Of a DNA stretch of 64,000 bases, positions 18,425-27,747 are shown one piece after another (the stretch's first letter is position 1; every line of letters starts with the position of its first letter). Source of the stretch: Candidatus Margulisiibacteriota bacterium (GTDB taxonomy: Bacteria; Margulisbacteria; WOR-1; O2-12-FULL-45-9); assembly GCA_034723395.1 (NCBI GenBank), contig JAYEOW010000029.1, forward strand, positions 86,828-150,827, read 5' to 3'. Under the pieces are notes generated by a model that saw nothing but the letters and a program-made list of their open reading frames with translations, had not been told where the DNA came from and searched no databases. The translations under genes and the position numbers were made by a program.

Positions 18425-20791
18425 CTAGCCCATTATCACTTCAATGTGGTGCTCGTTCCCTCCCTTATCCGGTGGGATAAGGTTTGAGCCGAGGCGCTTG
18501 TTGTCCATCGTTACCGACTTGACACCTTTCGAAACATTTTCTGGATTTCTTACCGTTATATAATAGGTGGACCCTCTAAATACTCGTTTAACCTGGAATC
18601 CTTTCCACGTTTTCGGGATACAAGGATCGACCAAAAGACCGTTATAATCTGGCCGAATACCGAGGATCCAGTTCGATACCGCTACAAAGTTCCAGCAGGC
18701 AGCGCCGGTTAACCAGGAGTTTTTTCCTTCTCCGAAATCTTTGTGATGTTTACCTGCGATCATCTGGCAGTAGATATAAGGCTCGGTCTTGTGGGTGTCG
18801 GCGATCTCATTCCTTGCCGCTGGCTGGATCGCTTTATAATATTCATAAGCGATATCACCGCGTCCGATAATACACTCGGCGATCATTGCCCACGGATTAG
18901 GGTGGCAAAAGATCCCGCCGTTCTCTTTTAATCCTGGAGGATAGACACAGATCGATCCGTATTTTGGGATAAAGTTTGCATAGGGCGGGGTCATGAGGAT
19001 AATCCCATGTTTGGTCCAGAGATGTTTGCGGACAGCATCCATGCATTTTAATGCCTGGTCGTCTTCTGCGGTTCCCGACATAACTCCCCACGATTGGGTT
19101 TCAAGATAAATTTGTCCCTCTTTGTTTTTGCTGGACCCCATCGGTTCTTCATCCTCGTCAAAGGAGCGCATATACCAACTGCCGTCCCAGGCGACCTTGT
19201 TGATCCGTTTTTTCATGTCTTCGGCGATATCGTTATATTTTTTAACATCCTCTTTCTTATCGATCAATTCGGCCATCTTAGCCATCTCTCTAGCCCCATA
19301 GACAACCATTTGGGCGACCATGACCGATTCGGCCTTCTCCTTGCCGTGGGTCAGGTTTAAGCAATCGTTCCAGTCGGCGAAATAGATCTTAGGGAGGTTG
19401 TGCGGACCGCAATGGTTAAGCGAAAAGTCGATCGCGCGCGCCATATGGTCATAGATCGTCCCTTTTTCTCCACCGACATAAGGGACCTCGGTCTCCAAAA
19501 ATCGGATGTCTCCAGCCTCTTTAATATAAGCGGGGATCGAAACAGTTAACCAGAGATGATCGTCCGAATAGCCGGAACCATTTCCCTTCTTAGTTAACGG
19601 CGAATATTGGTGGTAAGCGGACCCATCTTCAAATTGATTAGATGCCAGGTCAATTATCCGCTCTTTTACTTTTTCGGGGATCATATGGACAAAACCGAGC
19701 GTATCCTGGTTTGAGTCCCTAAATCCCATGCCGCGGCCGATCCCTGATTCATAATAGGAGGCAGAGCGCGACCAGTTAAAAGTGGTGCGGCATTGGTACT
19801 GGTTCCAGGTGTTTACCATAAGGTCTAATTCGGGATCTTCGGATTGTACGGAGAAATTGCTGAGCCCATCATCCCAATGTTTTTTTAACTTTTCCAGCTC
19901 GGATTTTACAATTTCCGGATCTTTAAATTGTGCGATCTTTTTTGGTGGATCGTCGATATCTTCGCTAAAACCTAGAACAAAGATAAAGGTTTTAGTCTCG
20001 CCCGCTTTAAGTTTAAAATTAAACATCTGCGATCCGATCGGCGACCAGCCGCAAGCGATCGAGCCGTTCATTTTTCCTTCGATAACATTCTTTGGGGCAG
20101 AAAAGTCTCCGTAGTTGCCAAGAAAATCCCTGCGTTGGGTATCAAATCCTTTGGCGGTAATGTTGCTGCATCCAAAATAGCCGACCAGATTCTTTTCTAC
20201 CCGATATCTTGAGAGATGGTAGATAATATTGTCTTTATAGTCGGTCTGGCCGATGTTTAGATTATATTGGTAGTCGGTCATGTCGTTAAGCGCGTCCCAG
20301 AGGCAGAATTCGACAAAAGAAAAAAGCGAGAGATCTTTGCTCTTTACTCCGATTGCTCCTTTGGCCGGCTCATATTTCAATTCGACCATCCAAACTTCTA
20401 GATTCTCACCAAGGGGGACAAAGTAAGTAGTTTTGCTCTGGACGCCGGAATATTCGGATGAGATAACAGTATAACCCATTCCGTGGCGGCACTCGTATTT
20501 ATAATCTTTCAGATCTTTTAAGACCGGCTGCCAGGAGAGTGACCAGTAGTCTTTGGTCGTGTTATCACGAAGGTAGAGATACCTTCCCCCGCGGTCCATC
20601 GGGACATTGTTGTAGCGGTAGCGTAAAATTCTTCTCTCGCGGGGATCTTTGTAAAAGCTGTATCCTCCTGCAGTATTGCTCATCAGAGCGCAGTACTCTT
20701 CGGATCCCAGATAGTTGATCCATGGTAGTGGAGTTTTGGGACTGGTAACCACATACTCCTTATTTTCTTTATCAAAATATCCATATTTCAT
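18425..20791 (-). CDS. GH94 glycoside phosphorylase, cellobiose-phosphorylase-like
   Basis: PWINYLG, SRSASYYESGIGRGMGFRDSNQD, DWNDCL, ENGGIFCHPNPW, GEGKNSWLTG. Confidence 0.9.
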   Translation of the reverse strand: MKYGYFDKENKEYVVTSPKTPLPWINYLGSEEYCALMSNTAGGYSFYKDPRERRILRYRYNNVPMDRGGRYLYLRDNTTKDYWSLSWQPVLKDLKDYKYECRHGMGYTVISSEYSGVQSKTTYFVPLGENLEVWMVELKYEPAKGAIGVKSKDLSLFSFVEFCLWDALNDMTDYQYNLNIGQTDYKDNIIYHLSRYRVEKNLVGYFGCSNITAKGFDTQRRDFLGNYGDFSAPKNVIEGKMNGSIACGWSPIGSQMFNFKLKAGETKTFIFVLGFSEDIDDPPKKIAQFKDPEIVKSELEKLKKHWDDGLSNFSVQSEDPELDLMVNTWNQYQCRTTFNWSRSASYYESGIGRGMGFRDSNQDTLGFVHMIPEKVKERIIDLASNQFEDGSAYHQYSPLTKKGNGSGYSDDHLWLTVSIPAYIKEAGDIRFLETEVPYVGGEKGTIYDHMARAIDFSLNHCGPHNLPKIYFADWNDCLNLTHGKEKAESVMVAQMVVYGAREMAKMAELIDKKEDVKKYNDIAEDMKKRINKVAWDGSWYMRSFDEDEEPMGSSKNKEGQIYLETQSWGVMSGTAEDDQALKCMDAVRKHLWTKHGIILMTPPYANFIPKYGSICVYPPGLKENGGIFCHPNPWAMIAECIIGRGDIAYEYYKAIQPAARNEIADTHKTEPYIYCQMIAGKHHKDFGEGKNSWLTGAACWNFVAVSNWILGIRPDYNGLLVDPCIPKTWKGFQVKRVFRGSTYYITVRNPENVSKGVKSVTMDNKRLGSNLIPPDKGGNEHHIEVIMG

Positions 20792-20811
20792 CTTATCTTC
20801 TCCTTCCTGAC

Positions 20812-20898
20812 GGAACCTGCGAATGAAATTCGCGGTTCCCCGGGAAATCGGAACCGAGACTTTCAGCCTGCCTGCCGGCAGGTCTCAGGTTTCGATTT
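20812..20898. repeat. Cluster of nested REP-like palindromes
   Basis: GGAACC-TGCGAAT-GAA-ATTCGC-GGTTCC hairpin, then AAATCGGAACCGAGAC...GTCTCAGGTTTCGATTT enclosing CCTGCCGGCAGG. Confidence 0.5.
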
Positions 20899-20979
20899 TA
20901 CATTCTAATTTTTACCGTCCAAAGGCTATATTTTAGCATAAAATTAGTAGAGATGCGAGATGCGATATGTGGAATGTGA

Positions 20980-22743
20980 TTATATAGATTTTCTAACGAA
21001 TTGGAGCCACTTCTTGCTCCCTTTTCGGATCGCTAAGAAGATTGAAAAGTTGGCATAAATTACTTTACCTTTGCCGATCTTTTTGGTAATAATTTGTTCT
21101 TTTTTAGGCTTGTCTTTTAGCCCATCGATTAGACCATTTATAGTTGGTTCGGTATATTCGTATTTGACTCCTAGCAAATCTTCCATTAAAGCATTAGCAT
21201 AAAGATGCCCGTTCTCGTCTTTTACTCCAAAGCGGGCTTCGGTGATCAACTTGCCTCCCGATTTGATCCATTTCTTAACATTACTATATTGTTTTTTTGA
21301 TAATAGATAAGGATTTGGCATAAGGATCGTTTTATAAGGGAGTTTTCCAGAATCGATGTCTTGTTCGAAAATAAAATCGATCGGTTCTCCTTTTTTGTGA
21401 ATTGCCATATGCGCAGCGGCGGTCGAATCCATGGTATGCACTAAACCTATATCTCCGCGAACACTTTCCCATTGGCCAGAAACACCGCGGGCGGGGCCCT
21501 GTTCCTGGTAGCTTTGGATCTCGCTTGAGCGGAGGTAGGCGATTGCAATATTAGAGCGGGTAATGCGTAATGGGTAATGCGTAATGAGTTTTTTTGCTAA
21601 CTTTTTGATTGTCTCCAGCCTGGGAGTCGAGCTGCCATCGGATTTTAGGATGCCAAAGCCCTGGGTTTCGGCGCCGAACAAGGGCGGCAGCCAGTTGTGG
21701 TAGAGGATTGCCTCCGCGCCGTGCTTGACTGCCATCTCGGTCCATCCTTTGATCTCGGGCCCTTTTACATATTTAGGGTTCCCCCAGCGGACATTCTGCC
21801 CCCCCTGGAGTTCAGTAATATGGAATTCAGCCTTATTTGACCGGCAATAACTTCTCCACAGATCGTAAGTGTAAGCGAGATGCTGATCGCTCATATTTCC
21901 GCCAGCTGGATACACATCGAGACCGAAGAAATCTAAATTTTCTGCAATCATGCTATGATCGGGAACACGGGTACAGATACCGATAAAGCCATTAGTACCG
22001 ACCTTATGTTTTTTATCGATTGCTTTTACAACCTTTGCCAGACGGCTGACCCAATCTTTAATACTATCAGTTTTAAACCTGAACCAGTCGAGAAAGATAT
22101 GCGGCGAAACCGCGTCCCAGATACCAGCCTTTGGTGTTGTAATATCTTCAAAGCGGGAAAAGGTCGTCGTCCAGAACTTTGCTCCCCATACTTCGTTTAA
22201 TTTATCGATTGTTTTATATCTCTCTTTTGCCCATTTAATAAATGCTTTTTTGCTGTGATCGCAGTGGCAGAAATCGTTTGAGGTTGTGCTGTCGAGCGGC
22301 GGGTAGACCGGTTCGTTATCGACTTGCCAGTAAAGCACTGCTGGATGATCTTTGTAGCGCGCAACCATTTTCCTGGCCACAATTTCTGCGTGTTTACGGT
22401 AGTTAGGGTTATCTTTACAAACATTCGGCCGCGGGCCGTAATCCGGATAGAGCGTTCCGTCGTTAGCGACGGAGCGGCTGTCAGGATAGAGCCTAAAAAA
22501 CCAGGTGGGGACCTGCGAGGTTGGGATGCCGAGAAGGACTTTGATCTTATGCTTGGCGCAGAGATCAAGCGCCTCGTCGAGCTCTTCAAACTTGAAGTTT
22601 CCCGGTTCCGGCTCGATCCAATCCCAGGCCATCTCGCCGAAGCGGACGATATTGAGCCCCGCCTGTTTTATCTCCTTAAAGGTTTTATCCCAGGTTTCTT
22701 TGGGCCATTGGTCAGGATAATATGTTACGCCAAATGGAAACAT
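20980..22743 (-). CDS. GH42-family beta-galactosidase-like glycoside hydrolase
   Basis: GVTYYPDQW, VRFGEMAW, WQVDNEP (acid/base), ITELQGG (nucleophile); start reassigned to ATG 22743. Confidence 0.88.
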   Translation of the reverse strand: MFPFGVTYYPDQWPKETWDKTFKEIKQAGLNIVRFGEMAWDWIEPEPGNFKFEELDEALDLCAKHKIKVLLGIPTSQVPTWFFRLYPDSRSVANDGTLYPDYGPRPNVCKDNPNYRKHAEIVARKMVARYKDHPAVLYWQVDNEPVYPPLDSTTSNDFCHCDHSKKAFIKWAKERYKTIDKLNEVWGAKFWTTTFSRFEDITTPKAGIWDAVSPHIFLDWFRFKTDSIKDWVSRLAKVVKAIDKKHKVGTNGFIGICTRVPDHSMIAENLDFFGLDVYPAGGNMSDQHLAYTYDLWRSYCRSNKAEFHITELQGGQNVRWGNPKYVKGPEIKGWTEMAVKHGAEAILYHNWLPPLFGAETQGFGILKSDGSSTPRLETIKKLAKKLITHYPLRITRSNIAIAYLRSSEIQSYQEQGPARGVSGQWESVRGDIGLVHTMDSTAAAHMAIHKKGEPIDFIFEQDIDSGKLPYKTILMPNPYLLSKKQYSNVKKWIKSGGKLITEARFGVKDENGHLYANALMEDLLGVKYEYTEPTINGLIDGLKDKPKKEQIITKKIGKGKVIYANFSIFLAIRKGSKKWLQFVRKSI

Positions 22744-22750
22744 GGTTGGG

Positions 22751-22759
22751 ATTATAACA
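22751..22759 (-). promoter_or_regulatory. Extended -10 promoter of a probably leaderless GH42 transcript
   Basis: TGtTATAAT, 7 nt before ATG 22743. Confidence 0.6.
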
Positions 22760-22771
22760 TAATTATTATAA

Positions 22772-22898
22772 GCCCTCACCCCCTTTGTCCCCCTCTCCCA
22801 GAGGTAGAGGGGGAGTGTGTATAAAAGCCTTTCCCTCTCCCTTTGGGAGAGGGACGCTAAAAAAAAGGTAAAGGATAGAAAAATACCAGGGTGAGGGT
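22772..22898. repeat. Palindromic intergenic repeat (CCCTCACCC / CCCTCTCCC family)
   Basis: Terminal CCCTCACC...GGGTGAGGG with internal hairpin CCCTCTCCC-ttt-GGGAGAGGG; 3' half similar to 29668-29775. Confidence 0.75.
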
Positions 22899-22900
22899 TG

Positions 22901-25900
22901 TTAACCTAGGGTTACAATTATCTTTTTAACTTTGCGCTCGCGGATCATTTTGGAATACGGTTCGGGAATATACGGCTTGGTTAGCTCGATCTCCTGGCTG
23001 TCAAAAATGATCTTATAAGAGACCGGTCTTAACCCATCGAAAGTATTCTTCTTGGTTTTATTAATATAAGTTACCTCGATCGAGCCGAGCAGGTTAAAAC
23101 TGAATTTATCTTTTTTAAAGAGCCATTTTGGGAGGATGGGGGAGAGGGTAAAAACAAGCTTTCCGTTATCGTCGAGAGAAAAGACCTTTTTGCCGGTGGT
23201 CATGATGATCCAGATATCGATGAATTCGGCGGAGGCGCCCGAAAGCCGGGCGACAAAGCCGCGGCCGTGGTCGTCCTTGTTAGGATGCGCGCTGCTGACC
23301 AGGAACGACGAGTTTTCGAGGATGCTCCTTCGATATTTTTTCGGATCGAGGAACGGGATAAGGACATTTTTGAAATCACCGAAGAATTCTTTGTATAATC
23401 CGGCTTTTAATAACTCCAGCATATACTTATATTCCATATGGAGCCAGACCGATTCGTTCTCCAGCCAGCCGGGGGTAAATATCCGGGCGCGGCCGATCTC
23501 GATCGGTTCCCCTTCAAGCGGTGAATTAACTTTATACATCTTAAGTGCCTTATCGTAAAGAGTGCTTTTTTTGACCAGACCGTAGATCTTCTTGTCATGC
23601 TCAACCTTTAGCGCGTGCACAAACCCTTCGAGGAATAGAGGAAGCGGCTTTTGGGCGAACTTTTTAACTTCGATCTTATCTTTATGTTTTTCGTAATCGG
23701 TTACTTCGTTGATGAAATAAGTATAATAATTCTTGTACTTACTGAGACACTTTCTAATCCCCCGGTCGCATTTGTTAATAATATTTCCGAGAAAAGCCAG
23801 AAGGTCCTTCGCGCTTAACCTTTCTTCCTTCCCGCTGACGCCGAACCGGGTCTTTTTACGGTACGCTTCCTTTAACTTGTAGCTGTTCTCCCAGTATTTA
23901 AAGGGATCGGCGGCATGAGAAAGCTCATTGTTAAGCAGATTGATAAACTCCATTACTTCTGCCGGCAAGGATACTTCGCTTTTGTCACTAATTTTTGTTT
24001 TGAAGTATTGGGCGAGACGTTTTAATTCTAAGGTTTCAGATAAAGATGAACCGAAAAGGGCGGGGAGGCCGTTTAACGCATCGTACCAGTCGGGTTTTTC
24101 TGCCTCCATCTCGAGGCCGATCCCTTCCGCGTCGAAGGAGGCGGCTTTATTGACCAGAATGGTCAAGATCTTAGCGGCGAGGGTAGTTTTATATTTTTGC
24201 GGCCCGGCCGCTTTGTCGGATTTTCTTACCGACCGGTATTGCCGGACATTGCCTTTATTCAGGCAGTATTTTTCTTTCCGGTCGGCGACGTAGTGGTCAT
24301 TCTGGAAAAAAGAAAATATCTTCTTATCAAAGAACAGGCCTTTGACCCTTTCAGGGTAGATCGCTTCAAAACTTTCGAGCAGGTCGGTATTATATGAGAA
24401 ATGATCGATCCAGAATCCTTCTCCGTGGCAGGCGCTATCTTCGATTTCGGAGGCTTCGATGATCTCTTCGGCCGCTTTTTTTGGGGAAGCGGTGAGTTTT
24501 AGCAGTGGGCCGAGCAGGAATGGTTTGCTTAGATCGATTTCTTTCCCTTTGAAATATTTAGCGGCAATATCGCCTGCTTTACTTTTGGATTTTATATAAA
24601 GTTGTGATCCGAGGACGACTAACGGATTAAACCCGTCAAGCTGGACAAGGTTATAGAAGCGCTTGATGTTGTCATCTGCCACGGTTGGATTAAAAAAGAT
24701 GTCGTTCCGGCGGTTCTGGTTGATGTCGCGGTAATTCCCGTTCCCCTGCGAATAGAAGGTCGGCATTAGTTTAAAATTGTTGTAGTCGCGCTCCATATCG
24801 CCGTGTTTGCGGTAATACAGGTAGATTATCTTTCCGTCGATATTTACGGGGAAGCCGCCGCGCATAACGTTATCAAGAAAGTTTTGGCGGCAGTAGAGGT
24901 CGAATTGTTTGGATGCGCTTTGGGTCCCCGCTGATCCACAGAGGCTGTCGACCAGCTTTTTGTTCTCTTCCGCTTTTTTAGCAAAGAAACCGGCTTCGCC
25001 GCTATTTTTCTTGATCTGATTGAGGGCGGCAATGCTGTCGGCTTGCCCGAGGAGCGACCCTAACGAAAAACTGTCTTTTGCTTTAATGTTCAACTTTTTA
25101 TAGGCAAAAGCGCACGGAGTAAATCCCTGGGTATGCTGTTTTTTTGGGATAGAGAAGTTCTTTTGGCCGATAAAAACCGAAGGGGAACCAAAGCTCCGGG
25201 TTTCGCCAAAGACAAGCTTTGGTTCAACAATAACCGCTGAACTGTCAGGTGAAACAAAGAAATTACCTTTGCTGATAAGCTGGGTTTCCGAGACATCGGC
25301 TGGCGATACCTTTAGTTTGCAGAAGGCGGTCCCGCTATCAAGGTTTTTCACGACACACCACGATTCGATGGTGCGGCTGATCCTTTTTAAAAGGTCATCG
25401 GCAAAACCGTATGGGATAATGACCGGGATCCCGTCCAGCAGCTCAACCTTTTTGCTTTTGCCCGAAAGGTTAATGATCTTTATTGTGCGAGCGAGCGCCG
25501 GATAAGGCTCGTTGGCGATGGTGAAAAAATTTACTTCAACCCTGATCTTGAGTTTTTGATTTTCTTCAACTAGTGTAAGGTCGTGTGGAGTAATGCGCAT
25601 TTCGTTTTTATTGCCGGAATTTTCGAGGAATGGTTCATAGAATTTTCCGTCGATCTTAATAAATGTCCGAAAGCCGGTGAGGGAAACGGTGCGGTAAGCC
25701 TTATTTGCCGGTAGAAATTCCATGATCGCCCCATCTTTGTCATTTACTCCCGCGGAGGTAATGCACTGTCCGCGGTTAGCATAAAAGACCCACATTGGAC
25801 AGCCAAAGACGCCGGCGATCCCGGGGAAAAAACTCGAAAAGGCAGGGGATAAATTATAGTTTTCGATTACGAACCCATCGTTTGCCGATATATGGTATTT

Positions 25901-25912
25901 GGGCTTTTTCAT
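22901..25912 (-). CDS. GH161-like beta-1,3-glucan phosphorylase
   Basis: RKHGDMERDYN, SQGNGNYRDINQNRR, HGEGFWIDH, WYDALNGLP, GWLENESVWLHMEYKY, GRGFVARLSG. Confidence 0.8.
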   Translation of the reverse strand: MKKPKYHISANDGFVIENYNLSPAFSSFFPGIAGVFGCPMWVFYANRGQCITSAGVNDKDGAIMEFLPANKAYRTVSLTGFRTFIKIDGKFYEPFLENSGNKNEMRITPHDLTLVEENQKLKIRVEVNFFTIANEPYPALARTIKIINLSGKSKKVELLDGIPVIIPYGFADDLLKRISRTIESWCVVKNLDSGTAFCKLKVSPADVSETQLISKGNFFVSPDSSAVIVEPKLVFGETRSFGSPSVFIGQKNFSIPKKQHTQGFTPCAFAYKKLNIKAKDSFSLGSLLGQADSIAALNQIKKNSGEAGFFAKKAEENKKLVDSLCGSAGTQSASKQFDLYCRQNFLDNVMRGGFPVNIDGKIIYLYYRKHGDMERDYNNFKLMPTFYSQGNGNYRDINQNRRNDIFFNPTVADDNIKRFYNLVQLDGFNPLVVLGSQLYIKSKSKAGDIAAKYFKGKEIDLSKPFLLGPLLKLTASPKKAAEEIIEASEIEDSACHGEGFWIDHFSYNTDLLESFEAIYPERVKGLFFDKKIFSFFQNDHYVADRKEKYCLNKGNVRQYRSVRKSDKAAGPQKYKTTLAAKILTILVNKAASFDAEGIGLEMEAEKPDWYDALNGLPALFGSSLSETLELKRLAQYFKTKISDKSEVSLPAEVMEFINLLNNELSHAADPFKYWENSYKLKEAYRKKTRFGVSGKEERLSAKDLLAFLGNIINKCDRGIRKCLSKYKNYYTYFINEVTDYEKHKDKIEVKKFAQKPLPLFLEGFVHALKVEHDKKIYGLVKKSTLYDKALKMYKVNSPLEGEPIEIGRARIFTPGWLENESVWLHMEYKYMLELLKAGLYKEFFGDFKNVLIPFLDPKKYRRSILENSSFLVSSAHPNKDDHGRGFVARLSGASAEFIDIWIIMTTGKKVFSLDDNGKLVFTLSPILPKWLFKKDKFSFNLLGSIEVTYINKTKKNTFDGLRPVSYKIIFDSQEIELTKPYIPEPYSKMIRERKVKKIIVTLG

Positions 25913-25916
25913 TTAA

Positions 25917-27746
25917 CTATTCTACAGTTACGCTCTTTGCCAGATTTCTCGGCTGGTCCACATGACAGCCTCGTTTTACCGCAATGTAATAAGCTAATAA
26001 TTGAAGCGGGACCGCGGCTAAAATTGGCGAGAGCATCTCGGAGCTCTTGGGGATAGTTACGATCCCGTCCGCTTTTTCTGACAAGGAGTTGTTTCCCTCG
26101 GTAGCGACCGCGATCACGATCCCCCCGCGTGCTTTTACCTCTTCAATATTACCTAATATCTTCTCATATCTCCTGCCGGCCAGGGCCAGGACTACTACCG
26201 GCATGTTTTTGTCGATCAGGGCGATCGGGCCATGTTTCATCTCGGCGGCGGGATAGCCCTCGGCATGAATATATGAGACCTCTTTGAGTTTTAACGCCCC
26301 TTCCAGTGCGACCGGAAATCCTTTGCCGCGGCCGAGATAGAGCGCATTGTTAGCTTTGTATAATTTTTCAGCGATCTTTTCGACCTCTTTTTCCCGAAGG
26401 AGGGCTTGTTCGAGCTTTTCCGGGATCCCGATCAGGTCATTGACCAGTTTTAGCGATTCCGGTTCGCTAATTATCCCTTTCCTTTTTCCGAAAAGGATTG
26501 CCAGCAGGTAGATAACAGTCAATTGGGTGGTAAATGCTTTGGTCGAAGCGACCCCGATCTCCGGCCCGGCATTGGTATAAACCACGCCATGTGATTCACG
26601 GGCGATCGAGGAATCGATCACATTGCAGATCGAAATAACTTTGGCGTTCTGTGCTTTTGCCTCCCAGACCGCGCCTAAGGTATCGGCAGTTTCTCCTGAC
26701 TGGGTAATAGCGATTACCAGGGTGTTCTCGTCGATGATCGGATGCCGGTACCTGAATTCGGCCGCGTACTCGACCTCTGCCGGGATTTTAGCAAATTGTT
26801 CGAACAGATATTCACCGACTAATCCGGCATGCCAGGATGTCCCGCAGGCGGTAAAGACGATGCGGTTAATCTTTCTGATCTCTTCATCGGTTAAATTTAA
26901 TTCGTCAAAATGGATCTTGTGGCTTTCGGCGGTAATCCTCCCTTTGATAGTTTTGCGAATAGCGTTGGGCTGTTCGTGGATCTCTTTGAGCATGAAGTGT
27001 GTGTATCCGCCCTTTTCGGCCGATTCCGGGTCCCAGGAAATCAGCTCAACGTTAACGTCTGCGTTCTTCCCCTCGTGGTCAAAGATCTCAGCCTCATTAG
27101 CGCTTATGATCCCCATCTGGCCGTTATCAAGCTTTACGATCTTGCTGGTATACTTGAGAAGGGCGGGGATATCGGACGAGATAAAGGTCTCTTTTTCGCC
27201 AAAGCCGATGATCAGCGGGCTGCCGTGGCGGGCGATGAAGATCTTTTCCGGATCATGCTCTGAAATAACCGCTAAAGCATACGATCCGCGGATCCGGTTT
27301 AATGTTTTAGCAATTGCTTTAAATAAGTTGCCGTCAAAGTTCTCCTCGATCAAATGGGCAACAACTTCGGTATCGGTAGCCGAATCAAACTTGTGTCCTT
27401 TGTTGGCCAGTTCACGGCGAAGTTCCAGGTAATTTTCAATGATCCCGTTATGGACAACGGTGATCTTGCCGGTACAGTCCTGGTGGGGGTGAGAGTTAAG
27501 GTGGGACGGCCTTCCATGAGTTGCCCAGCGGGTGTGGCCGATCCCGATCCCGCCGCCGATCGGTTTTTGTTTGAGGATCTCTTCGAGGTCGACGATTTTC
27601 CCTGCGCATTTTGAAACAAACAGTTTTTTATTGTCCAGGGTCGCGACGCCGGCAGAATCGTAGCCGCGGTATTCGAGCTTCTTCAGCCCTTCGACGATAA
27701 AGGGGACCGCCTCTTTGTTTCCAATATATCCGAAGATTCCGCACAT
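25917..27746 (-). CDS. glmS: Glutamine-fructose-6-phosphate aminotransferase
   Basis: MCGIFG, LEYRGYDSAG, GHTRWATHG, SGETADT, GVASTKAFT, PRNLAKSVTVE. Confidence 0.98.
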   Translation of the reverse strand: MCGIFGYIGNKEAVPFIVEGLKKLEYRGYDSAGVATLDNKKLFVSKCAGKIVDLEEILKQKPIGGGIGIGHTRWATHGRPSHLNSHPHQDCTGKITVVHNGIIENYLELRRELANKGHKFDSATDTEVVAHLIEENFDGNLFKAIAKTLNRIRGSYALAVISEHDPEKIFIARHGSPLIIGFGEKETFISSDIPALLKYTSKIVKLDNGQMGIISANEAEIFDHEGKNADVNVELISWDPESAEKGGYTHFMLKEIHEQPNAIRKTIKGRITAESHKIHFDELNLTDEEIRKINRIVFTACGTSWHAGLVGEYLFEQFAKIPAEVEYAAEFRYRHPIIDENTLVIAITQSGETADTLGAVWEAKAQNAKVISICNVIDSSIARESHGVVYTNAGPEIGVASTKAFTTQLTVIYLLAILFGKRKGIISEPESLKLVNDLIGIPEKLEQALLREKEVEKIAEKLYKANNALYLGRGKGFPVALEGALKLKEVSYIHAEGYPAAEMKHGPIALIDKNMPVVVLALAGRRYEKILGNIEEVKARGGIVIAVATEGNNSLSEKADGIVTIPKSSEMLSPILAAVPLQLLAYYIAVKRGCHVDQPRNLAKSVTVE

Positions 27747-27747
27747 G

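Noticed and set aside
20824..20851. Additional copy of the promoter motif (TGAAATTC)
   Set aside because: No CGA box at the 13-nt spacing, wrong orientation for the adjacent gene, and it lies inside a palindrome.
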